Shown here one piece after another: positions 39,095-51,059 of a DNA stretch of 64,000 nt. The stretch lies in contig JAUCBJ010005181.1 of the NCBI GenBank assembly GCA_032718475.1, forward strand, positions 1 to 64,000, in the 5' to 3' direction. Source of the stretch: Nemertoderma westbladi. Its lineage: Eukaryota; Animalia; Xenacoelomorpha. Below the pieces are notes generated by a model. That model made no database searches, was not told the DNA's origin, and saw only the letters and a list, made by a program, of their open reading frames with translations. The translations under genes were made by a program, and so were the position numbers. Position 1 is the stretch's first letter, and the number at the start of each line of letters is the position of its first letter.

Positions 39095-40085
39095 CCAAGG
39101 AATGCCTGTTCACCACCATAGTTGATCTTCCACAGTAAACCCTTCCACTATGTTTCCTAAAGTAATGCCTGTTCACCACCATGGTTGATCTTCCACAGTA
39201 AACCCTTCCACTACGTTTCCTAAAGGAATGCATGTTCACCATCATGGGTGATCTTCCACAGTAAACCCTTCCACTACGTTTCCTAAAGGAATGCATGTTC
39301 ACCACCATGGGTTATCTTCCACAGTAAACCCTTCCACTCTGCCTCCTAAAGAAATGCCTGTTCACCACCATGAAGGGTATTCTTCCACAGTAAACTCTTC
39401 CACGTTTCTTAAAGAAATGCCTATTCACCACCATGGGTGATCTTCCACAGTAAACCTGTCCACTGTGTTTCCTAAAGGAATGCCTGTTCACCACCTTGGG
39501 AGATCTTCCACAGTAAACTCTTCCACTCTGTTTCCTGAAGAAATGCCTGTTCACCACCATGGGTGATCTTCCACAGTAAACCCTTCCAGTCTGTTTCCTA
39601 AAGAAATGCCTGTTAACCACCATGGTTGATCTTCCACAGTAAACCCTTCCACTCTGTTTCCTAAAGAAATGCCTGTTCACCACCATGGGTGATCTTCCAC
39701 AGTAAACCCTTCCACTCTGTTTCCTAAAGAAATGCCTGTTCACCACCATGGGTGATCTTCCACAGTAAACCCTTCCAGTCTGTTTCCTAAAGAAATGCCT
39801 GTTCACCACCATGGTTGATCTTCCACAGTAAACCCTTCCACTCTGTTTCCTAAAGAAATGCCTGTTCACCACCATGGGTGATCTTCCACAGTAAACCCTT
39901 CCACGCTGTTTCCTAAAGGAATGCGGTGATCTTCCATAGTAAACTCTTCCACTCTGTTTCCTAAAGGAATACCTGTTCACCACCATGGGTTATCTTCCAC
40001 AGTAAACCCTCCCACTCTGTTTCCTAAAGGAATGCCTGTTCACCACCTTGGGTGATCTTCCACAGGAAACCGTTCCACTCTGTTT
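39095..40085. repeat. 66-bp minisatellite, about 15 copies
   Basis: Repeat unit AATGCCTGTTCACCACCATGGGTGATCTTCCACAGTAAACCCTTCCACTCTGTTTCCTAAAG(A/G); 22-aa periodicity in ORF 39312..39986. Confidence 0.93.
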
Positions 40086-40089
40086 CCCA

Positions 40090-40255
40090 AGTTGCTTTGG
40101 TTCCCATTTATCGACCAGTTAAGGATGAAAGCCAGGGTTGGGCTAGGCTGCAGCATTTAAAGCACTGTGCCAAAACAGTGCTGACCTATCTAGGGATCGA
40201 ACCAGTGCCTCCTGATTGGAAACCCAGGAATGTCACCACTAGACCAAGCTGCTGC
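40090..40255 (-). mobile_element. tRNA-derived SINE (head at about 40185-40255), abutting the 66-bp array
   Basis: Minus strand has TGGTCTAGTGG (box A) and GGTTCGATCCC (box B). Confidence 0.6.
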
Positions 40256-40691
40256 AATATAATAGTCAAATTAGGTATTTAGTAGGCCTATAAAATATTT
40301 TCAGATCGGCCTCACCTCGCAGCTATATTATACAGTATATAACATAGTTGTGTGGCAATTTTGGATAATGAGAAAGTAACAAGTGTCAACCCATTAACTG
40401 AAGTCCATTAATAAATTTATCGATACTGTAAGTAAAATATCACGATAACGTTTCGGCATCACGTAAAGAAAAAATAATGTGGTATCCATTAATTAATACA
40501 CACTTTTGATATAGAATTTGGCATTTATTAGTATTAATTGCATTTGATATTTGCTTTCGCATAAATTTACTTCATTGTTTTCTATATAAGAGGGTAAATT
40601 ATCCAGTTGACACCATTGACATTTTTTGTTGCAAATTCGGGAAAATCTACAGTAATAAATCTCGCTTTGTTAAAACTACCACAAAGACACC

Positions 40692-43600
40692 ATGAAGCTG
40701 TGCGCCTCGATTGTTTTAGCTTACCTGACTGTAGCTTATGCTGCTCGTAAGTATTTGTAATATCTCTCCTGATTGTAGCTCCTTTGCCCTCTTTAAGCTG
40801 CAAAGCTTTAGGGGTAATCCTATATGTTATGTTGGACAATACCTTTATACCGGTACATTGTTTGGTGTATTTGTTATTGTTTTTACATAATGTATAAATA
40901 AATCTATCTATCTATCTATATATCTCCTGTATCTGTCTTACTGCCCCTGCATGCTGTATGGCCTACTATAATAATGATAAAATATAAACATAAGTTCACT
41001 TTAAAGTGTATCCATTGCACACCCGCCCACTATATACAGTAGGTCTTATAGTATAACGATATACCAAACGAGCCCGGTCATACGTACAGAGTACACAAGT
41101 TCTCAATTGCAGTTCTCTTTGTAAATTAATGTTAAATGGTTGAGTAGCGCAATTGTATTTCAAAGAATTCTAGAATTCTACACCCATCGGGTAAAATATA
41201 ACGATTTCGGCGAGGTTCTGCAGAAATTTGTTACATAAGATTAAATGATTTCATCATTGTTTTTAGACCAGAATCAAAGGGTTTAACCAGCTGCCAACTC
41301 TGTTTTAGTGGGCATTGGACCACCGAAATTTTGGCCATTTCAGCGTATCTAGGACTGCCTATTGCTTTTAGATGGTGAACATGAATTGGTATAAGAAGTA
41401 TGTCCCTGTCAAATTGGTACTGTATATAAGACGTATGTCCATGTCCAGTCGTTACACTGTAGCACCACCCGTCACATGAACTCACTAATTTTCTAGAGGA
41501 CCAACTGCAGAGACAACTGGAAGATACTGTGGGGCGTCATGCCGATCACTGTGGTAACGACTTTGTGGCAGCGAACTGCGATGTTCAATGTCTGTTCGGC
41601 TGGAAGCACGATGACAACAACTGCCCAACATGCGCGTGTGTTACTGAGGGAGATGAGCCCTTGTACCAGGTAATAAACTCAGAGGTTATAGGCGATGGTG
41701 CCTTATTGTAAAAAGTTATTAGGTGGCATTTTATTCTATTAATAATTAATTAACATACATTTTTTAAACAGAAATAGAATTAAAAGCGACTAACTTTTTT
41801 TAAATAAGACGTATAAATGTATCTCGAGAAACTCAAATTATTAATTTAACATTATAGATTTTATTTACTAGACTTAATGGCTAATCATTACTAAATCATG
41901 GCTAAAGATATTTCTAGTAGGTCATGGGCTAATGTCGTTTTTTAATTCTTATACAGTATGTACAGTAGGGCATAGGTTACAATTCGCGTATCTCAAATAA
42001 TTATTAATTGTACCTACACTATTATTCCTCAGGGAGACATCAAACTGTCACCGGATGTAAAAGAAATACTCTCAGGGAGCGAAAGAGGAACTGTAAGCAA
42101 CCTCAATTTGCGATGGACAGATTACCCCGATGGAAACGGAGTTAGTTTCACATAATTAATATAATAGAATATAATATTAGTAGGGTTGTACATACTGTAT
42201 GCCTATATTTCTCCAGTTAGTTGACGAGGATCTAACTCAAATGGGCAATCGATAAATTTATTGATGACATGTTATAACTTCATATTCGCCTGCAGGGCTT
42301 ATTCAACATACAGTATTTATGGATAAAACGTAAAGTGATCGGTGAACTTGTGTAACGCGAGAGGTAACCCGAAGGGTCCTCTCTCTTGGCTGTTACCTAT
42401 AAAGCAGGGGGGGATGCCGCCACTCTACACAGTATCTCCCAAGGGCGAACACTCGGTCAACATCCAACCATTTTTTTCTTTACTGAACAAGTAGAAGCCA
42501 GGTACCCAAACCGCTGGGTTGGCGAACCTGTTACGAAAATGTAACTGGCTCGGGATCGAACCCGAAACCTCCCAGCTAGAAGCAAAGGGAGTAACTACTT
42601 TCCTGCTAGCTGGTGAGATTGTCGTGCGTTGTGGGGTTGAAACGTTCCGCGTACAATTATAAATATTATTTAATAGCTTATCTCTACACTATCACTAAAC
42701 TGTAAATTCCCTTAATTTATTACAGTACAGGCCACCAGAAAACGCAGATTTGTACAATTGTGAACACATTTTATCAAATGTGTACCAGTGTAATATAATG
42801 TTGTTGAACGGGACAATTGAACATAATTGAATTGGCAACAATCAAAATTTTTTCGCCAAAGGATACAATTGAATACTTTTGAAACGCTTAGTAATCTGGA
42901 AACTCTCTGTAGTTTGCCGCGAACTGTCACTCACTGCAGCTGGAAATGCGATAAGGATTTTGTTTACCTTTATAGTGTGCGGTTAATAGTGTCTAGTAGG
43001 CAGGCCTATAGTTAGTGATGTTAAGGCATCTTCTGGTGTTTCTCTGTGCCATCTCGGTGTCAGACTAATGGCGCGACATCTCCCTGCACTAAATTAATTA
43101 TTCAATGGTCTAGGCTCCTCCATCCATATACCCATCCACTCCCATACACTCCATGAACCTCCATGTGGTCTTGTATGTAGTTCTCTCTCTACCAATACAG
43201 CCCATGTCCGCAATGTTACGCCCTGGGGGGCTCTCTCATCTACCTGATATCAGACATACAGGCGCACCTCACACAAAGCCTTTGTCGGTCCCAACAAGTT
43301 AGCCTCATGCTGTGCTCGCCATAACCTGCCAATCAGATGACTTGAACAAATGTGTTCACATGTGATCACATTGGATGAAATCTGCTTTTTCTGGTGGCCT
43401 GTACTGTAATTATGCCAACAACAATTAAGTATTAATATCCATAACTTCCCCCTAGAACTACAACATCCCTTACATCGTATCAACTTCCAACGGTGACGTC
43501 CACTCTGTCGTTAATGCAGCTAAGGACTGGTTCGCCGCTAATACCTGCGTCAGATTGGTACCCCGAACTAACCATCAGAATTACGTTCAAGTGATCCTAT

Positions 43601-45099
43601 ACAACGGATGCTGGTCTCAGGTACTTCAATAGTTACTAAGTTATTGCATATTTATTATTGGATTTAAATGTAAATTGATTAGGCTACTCTTTGTGCTCAT
43701 CTTCCTCAAAGAAAAAATGTAATACATCAATCATAAATAGCTTAAGAGCCTGGCACCTGACCTGTAAGTAAAAACAATCACTCAATACGGTATAGCCACT
43801 GTTAATGTCAAGGCCATGCATCTTGCCGACACGCCCCTAACTTCTGCTAGCTCTATTAAACCCTCCATCTCTCACGATCTCGAGGTTGTTACGAAAAACA
43901 GAAAGTAAGCAGACACTTATATAGTCGGGAGACGACAATACATTTTCGTGTTCTAAAAATAGACCACCATAATATAAGCAACAACTACACTGTAGTAGTT
44001 GTAGTAGGCATATAACTGTATATCGAATCCTGGCATGCCATTTGATTGATTGATTGATTGGTTTTTTTTTTACGCCATAAATATGGAGTACTCCAGATAC
44101 AAATTACATAACAAAAAAATACATATTAATACTTACATAATTGGACAGACAGTAATATCCATACATGTCTTTAAAATCGTAAAAGTTAATGGCATCTACT
44201 TTATTATTTTAGAATTATTTTAATGAGAAATCATTAAAATTATTGCACCAAGAACAAAAAAGTGCATATATAGTTTATGCAAGGACTTTCTCAGTTTCTT
44301 TCCAGCTTTACAATTGATAAGCTAAACTTAAAAAATTAAAAATAGAAAAACAGATAAGCTTAATTATAATCAATGAATTTGGTTATTTTCTTCGCATTTA
44401 TTGTGCAAAAATATACCAGCAGCGTGTTTCTTGGAACCGCATTGACAGCTTCTCTCTCAATTAAAATAGGTGGGTCGCGTTGGGGGAGTGCAACAGCTCT
44501 CGCTAGGTTACGGTTGCCATCTATCCGGCACCGCAATCCATGAGTTCCTTCACGCTGCCGGCGTCTTCCACGAACAAAGCCGACCCGACCGTGACAACTA
44601 TATCCGAATTCTCTGGAACAATATCTCCGAATCGATGAAGTTAGTTCAAATACAGTAGTGAGGGGAGGGGGGGGGGGGGGGGGGCATGGGGGCAATCAAA
44701 ATTCACCCCCTTTCTCTGGGGATATTGACGCAAATACAGTAACAACAGCTGATTACCAGAAAAATGTAGGCCTACAGTTTAACCTGTACAATTGGCTCCC
44801 GTTTATTGTTTTGGTTATAAATAACGTTTGTTTGCAAGTTATTTTAATTTTAAAATTAAAATCATTATTATTACAGTACAGAACGTATAGCTTTGGATAT
44901 TTTCAGATACAATTTCAACAAACAAGCTATTGACTCCTTGGGAAGTCCTTATGAAACAAAATCCATTATGCACTACTACAGCGGGGCTTTCGCTACCAGT
45001 GGAAACAGCATGGTAACCATTGATGGCGGGTACATTCCTTGGAACTACAACCCAACAGCTGAAGACGGCAGGCAGATGAAGAAATTCTACGGATGTTAA
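40692..45099 (+). CDS. Secreted astacin (M12A) metalloprotease with an N-terminal antistasin-like Cys module; exons 40692-40746, 41497-41669, 42033-42140, 43456-43620, 44470-44639, 44907-45099 (287 aa)
   Basis: Signal peptide MKLCASIVLAYLTVAYAA; pro-motif LYQGDI; zinc motif HEFLHAAGVFHEQSRPDRD; Met-turn SIMHY; all junctions GT-AG and phase-consistent; AATAAA at about 45232. Confidence 0.92.
42300..42605 (-). mobile_element. SINE-like insertion in astacin intron 3
   Basis: Box-B-like GGGTTCGATCCCG on the minus strand near 42550-42563. Confidence 0.4.
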
Positions 45100-45889
45100 T
45101 TCTGAGCTGAAACAGTAAAGGTGTTGGGAATATAAACTGAATGATTATCATGTGTGATTTGGGTTTACATTTTTGTGAAATTATTATTTTTGTGGTAAAT
45201 ATTGTTGTTTACAATAGTAATGATTTATTCAAATAAAACTCTTACTATACTGTATAATAATTACAAATATTTCCCGTATGAATTTTATTTCTGAAAGTTT
45301 GGTTATTTACGAATAAAGGTACAGACAGTATCTACTTTCTAACAAAACAATAAACTAAAATTTTGGAACTCAGCTTACAGTATGTTTTTACTTTTACTAA
45401 TTGTTGACAACCATTGTTAAAACAAATTAATGTTAATTATCAATTAAGGGAAAGGATCGGGTTACAGGTTATTCTAACCAAAACAATAAGCAAGAGTCGC
45501 GAACTCAGGATACATTTTCATACTTCCCATTGTTAGAAGTGGTTGTCGGCGTAGCGTTTACACACAAAATTAAATGAATAATTATATAACGGTAATAATA
45601 AATTACCCCAAAATTGTTGTAAACAATACCAATAAAAAAACCAATACATATATCCCGCGGGGTTGATAAGCACATAATTGTGTTTCTTATTTAACTTTAG
45701 TAGTTATATCTAGGTAAGAGGTTGAACTAAGAAGTAAATTGATATTAATTGGCATTTATTACAATAAATTATTACAAAACAAATACAGTACAGTACTAAA
45801 TTTATTACTATATATTAATTTATTTCATTAGTGGCCGAGGATAATAATTCATTCGTAAAGTTGTCCCAGCAATAAAATTCGTAGGCGCG

Positions 45890-46085
45890 GTCAATAATTT
45901 GTACGTGTAGTCGTCGCAGCGGTTAAACTCATTTTCACGGAGGATAATTCGTACGCGGCGTCGACGCAGCGGTTAAACTCATTGTCACGGAGTATAATTC
46001 ATATTCATTAAATATTCATTAAACTCCTTGCCATGCTCGATAATTCGTATGCAGAGTCGATGCACCAGTTAAACTCATCCTCACA
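45890..46085. repeat. Degenerate ~50-bp tandem repeat (GTCGACGCAGCGGTTAAACTCAT...), 3 copies
   Basis: Direct inspection. Confidence 0.7.
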
Positions 46086-46356
46086 GCTATGAAACATCAT
46101 CAGTGAGTTAGGGCATCATCCAGAGAATATTCATAGCCTTCAAACTTCACCCCAAAGTGAAGCAAACTCGAGTTATCGTCATTAAAATAATTAGCCAATC
46201 AAGTGCCATATCTAAAGCGTCCCCTTACACTTACATGCCTTAAGAACGGACAACAGGTAGGTACCGCGGCGCTGTACTGCTGTACCGGCCGTGGTTGTTC
46301 TCGGCAAGCACTGAAGCAGTGCATACTGGCATACAGCTCGGACTGACGGTACCATA

Positions 46357-47275
46357 GGGGTCCTACTAAATACCCAACTTTACCCAACTCCACCCAACTT
46401 TACCCAACTTTACCCAATTTTACCCAACTTTTTACCCAACTTTACCCAACTTTACCACACTTTACCCAATACCACCCAACTTCACCCAATCAATTACCCA
46501 ATCCACTTTACCCAACTTTACCCAATACCACCCAACTTTCAGACTTTACCCAATCATTTCAATCCATCAATCCATCATCAGGCCTAATCAATTAGTTCAG
46601 TAGTTAGGCCTATCTACCATATCCAATCTGCCAATGGCTGATTGGAGTGGAGGCAAGGCTGCAGAGGGAAACTTGATGCATATCTCAACCTGAATGTTAA
46701 ATTCTCAATTTAGGGAAAGGAACAGGTTATAGTGGCACGTTATTCTAACCAAAACAATAAACTAAAGTCTATTCTATAGAACATCACTACCCCGAAATGC
46801 ACCCTCATACAGCCATATTGATCATTTTATTGATGTCTGCATGTGTTATGTTATGATTATAAGTACTGGCTGACTGGAGTATGACTACTGGACTATACAG
46901 CTATAAACATGAAGCCATAGCTGCATAGGCCTACACTGATACAAACCATTCCTACTATGACCTACTGTATTACAGCTGTACAGTCTGACAGTCTGACAGT
47001 ACTGCAGTATTAAACTGCCAGACAGACTGCTGGAATGCTACTGTCAGACAGTAGGCCTACTGGTCCGGTACTGTAGTAAGTAAGTAAGCCTTCTGCTGTA
47101 CTGTATTGCATCACTGGTCGGCAGATAGGTAGTTGGGTATTCGATTGGGTAAAGTTGGGTGGTATTGGGTAAAGTGGGGTAAAGTTGGGTAAAGTTGGGT
47201 AAAAAGTGGGGTAAAGTTGGGTAAGTTTGGGTAAAGTTGGGTAGATTTGGGTAAAGTTGGGTAATTAGTAGGACC
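46357..47275. mobile_element. Mutator/foldback-like element with 9-bp TSD GGTACCATA and TIRs built of TTTACCCAAC decamers
   Basis: TSD at 46348-46356 and 47276-47284; GGTCCTACTAA/TTAGTAGGACC ends; shared core at 46709-46765. Confidence 0.82.
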
Positions 47276-47339
47276 GGTACCATAGTGCATAGTGCACGTT
47301 CCTGGCAGGAGTGCTGGATACTTAATTTCATACTCAACC

Positions 47340-49519
47340 GGGGCGTTCGCCATCCGGGTATTAAGGCGGATTAGTCCGTCCTCTCTCCCATCATAGGTCT
47401 CAACTGGTAGACCGGGCTATCTGGTTTCAAGGTCTTGCCTGCACTGAGCTGTTCCCATTCGTCAGGGAAACTTTCCTTTTGTACGTATCTCACAATACAT
47501 TTTTCGGCAATAATGAGTTCCTGTACGCTCTGCTGTCTGCAGGTATGTATAGGTATCAGTGGTTTCTTCCTTAACCCCGCAGAGCATCCACCCCATTATG
47601 GTGCGCTCTGCGTGGAAACCATCGTCCGGCTTCACGGAACGTGCAATGTCCCCAGTAGGTATATGTAACTCCAGTGTATCGAGTCTTATAAGTAGTGTTA
47701 TTCTGTAGATGTCTAATGGTGGGCATCTTAGGTCTACATCCTTCCGATCCAGTTGTATAAGGGGTGCATATTCGGAGGATTGTCGGAATCGCACTCTAAG
47801 ATCGGTGTGTACCAGGGCGTTTTTAATGGTCAGTTTCACCCTTTCATAACCTGCCATGACCCCTTCCACGCTGAGTTGCACCTCGTCGGATTCCACTTCT
47901 TTGTGGTCCGTAATAGTTTGTATGGGCCATTTACAAGGCTCATATTCTAGGCCCAGCTGTTCCAGAAAGTCCCTGTCAATTATGGTCCCATCTGACCCAT
48001 TATCCAAGAATGCAAGTGTGGTCAGGGATTTCCCAACGCCTTGGATTCTCACCGGTATCACTTTGGCGAAAACCATATACCGCCGATTGATCAGGTTGAC
48101 AGTAGCCGATATACTGGTCACAGGTGCTACGTCAGCGGTAGCCTTGAACGGGTTTGTTTCTTTCCGCTGGATCATCCGAGAGCCCTTTGAGATATGGTTA
48201 GTCTCCCCTTTCCGCTTAGATTCAATACGGAATGGTAATGTAGTAAAGTCGAAGTTTGCAGGAATGTGGAGGAGCATGTGGTGTTGTAAGTCATTACAAA
48301 CCGCACAACAGGACCTCTGTTCGCACTCCCTTACGTAGTGACCTGTTCCAAGACACCGGAAGCATCCTCGGTGTTTCATTATCGCTTCAAAGCGAGAGAC
48401 TAGTTCTGCAAACTGGAACTTCCTGCAGAATTCAACCTTGTGCTTATCCCCGCAGAAGAGACACATAAGGGAGGCCGTTGTTCCTTCCCTCTCGGGCGCC
48501 CAATTTGCCAGATAGCATGCCCATTCTTCTGCTGATGTCGGTTCCTCGTAATCCTTGTCATCCGAATCCATACTCACAGGGGGAGGGTGGAATCTTGGTT
48601 TTGAAGCGGGTGCCCTGCTCCGGTAAGTGCTCTCCATCCCATCCATTTTGGAGAGACTTTGTTTAGAAAACATTGAGTAATTCATGGCCTCTGATATATC
48701 GTCTAGGAATGCTGACATTTCGAGAAAGGTAGGATCACGATCCGGGTGTCTTCACCAGAGATCCACACATTTGTATGCCCATTTACTCTGTAGCCATCCG
48801 GGAAATTTCCGGGCGATTTGTCGAAGATTTAAGATATTATTCACCTGTTCTTCCTTATTCAATGGTTTTAGAGTATAATAAGCATCTTTCATTGAGTCTG
48901 AAAACTCTTGAATATTCTGTGGATCCCCCAGAGATCCAGCATCTTGTATCAGTCTTTCAAGCGTCTTATTAATTATGGTTCCGACGTTACCATATCTTTT
49001 ATCGAGCGTTTTCCACGCATCGTGGTACGCCTCGTGGGATCCTCCTTCAAAACATCTCACGATGTGGCGTGGTTTGTCACCAAGATACTGGGACAAATAT
49101 ACCAGCTTTTGCGCGTCGGTAATGTCCGTCGATCCGATTTGAGCAAAAAACCGTTTTTTAAACCCAAGGTAGTCGATGGGGTCGCCCTCAAAGGTACGTA
49201 TTTCCTTCTTAGGCATAGGCAGACGGTTCTCCAGGGCTCGTATGATGCCAACATTGTCTGAACCGGAATGACTAGGAGGCTCGTAATTACAAACGCTCTC
49301 TCCCACATTTGATGGATTGACAAGAGGAGGAGTTTTAATAACGACGCGGTTACGGAGCTTCGGAGTAGACGTAAATGGGTTAGTGGATCGAGGGGTGGTG
49401 TCACGTTCCGAGTCCTTTTCAGGCTCGTACTTTGAACACTCGGTGCTGTAGGATTGGAAGTGAAATGAGGTTCCGAAATGAAACGTAGTAGTTTTCACAA
49501 CGACAACAATAACCAGCAC
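47340..49519 (-). mobile_element. BEL/Pao LTR retrotransposon remnant: gag and aspartic protease, frameshifted and truncated before RT
   Basis: LPMPKKEIRTFEGDPIDY gag motif; three Cys/His knuckles (CLFCGDKH, CFRCLGTGH, CAVCNDLQHH); protease FLDNGSDGT. Confidence 0.88.
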
Positions 49520-51059
49520 GAGTCACTCCACTTTCTGTCCCAAGGGCTTAGATTTACTTCAGGTTCTTACTGCAGAGGTAGGGCTACTTTCACAACTGCG
49601 ACTAGCTACTGTAAACACACTTTAGTAGCAACATTCACCTATAAACGCACAAATTTCACACAATTGTCACAAATTGTACACATTCGGGCCATTTGTCCAT
49701 TAGTCAAGTGCCTTCCAGAATGCCACGTTATTATTATGTATCCTTGGATACTAGCAGTGCGCTATTTATTCCGTATGCTATTCAATGGGGCAAGCTTTCT
49801 ATTGTTCTTTTAACTCACTTCTAATTCTAGCGTGGTTGTTGCTATGGTGACATTATGGGAAGCTAGCAGTAGAATTAGGGTAATTCTCATGCATACAGAT
49901 CTGGGATGCTATTTAATAGTAATTCTTTAATTGTCAATATTCCCCCTTATACATGATTTTATGAATTTTATCGGCTATTGACTATATATTGGAGATTCTC
50001 GCACACTAATATACTTAATAGGGTGAATCTCCGCTCCCATGATCTATTAATTAATAGAATTTTGGGAATGTTATAAATTGCATAAAATGACAATTTATCA
50101 AATTCATGAAAGAATATGAATTTAAAATTATTCCCGTAAATTTTATTATTTAATATTAAAATAGACACAATTTTATTCCAGAACATGTCTGGGGACTGAG
50201 ATCCTTGAATCTAGGAAATTTGTCCTTTTAAGAGTATCGGTAAGTGCTACGATATCTTAATCAACTAGAATTTTAAAGGATCTAAATTTTAACAGATTTT
50301 GATTTATAAATTTTCTTGGTTTACAAACTCCTTAGAGTTTATTTGTATGCATTTACTCTATTATAACATTTGTTTTAATAGATTTTTTTTATAAATATTA
50401 ACTATGTAATATTTAAGATGGGCACCGATTTATTCCAGAACTTGTCTGGGGACGTTAACCACTGATTCTAGAATTTTGTCTTTCAAGTATATCGGTGGGT
50501 GCCACGATATCTTAATCGACTAGAATTACAGATGGTCAAAGGGTTTAACAGATTTATTTGCGTTGTACGCTACTGTTAAGGGACATCACACTACTATATG
50601 TATTATTTAATATACGGTATGAGAGCAATATTGCAAGAAGCAATGTCAGTGAGAAGAGGCAAGTCGTTTCCAAGGTCTACCCAGAGCTTGGTTTAGCCAA
50701 GACACGAGGATCTGAACTTTGCATTCCTAATACTCTACTTACCAATAATACTTGAGTATAGTAGGAGCTTTATTGTACTTTAATAAGTACGGATATTTCA
50801 TCTTACTGTAGTCACGCATTTATAATATGATACGGACAGTAAGGAAAGAGAAAAAAGAATTATTTCTCGCCGTTGCACTAAATATATAATATAAGTAATT
50901 AAGTAATAAACACGAGTATATATTGCACTAATTCTACTAAATAATCACTAAAATAACATTCTACTAAATAAAATTAAAGAAAATGATTATTATAAAATTA
51001 CATAATAATACATACTTAAATATAAAAATAATAAAAACGAATATAAAATAATATAGTCA

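Noticed and set aside
39090-39986. ORFs with repeated MVVNRHFFRKQSGRVYCGRSP
   Set aside because: Translation of the 66-bp minisatellite; no splice or domain support
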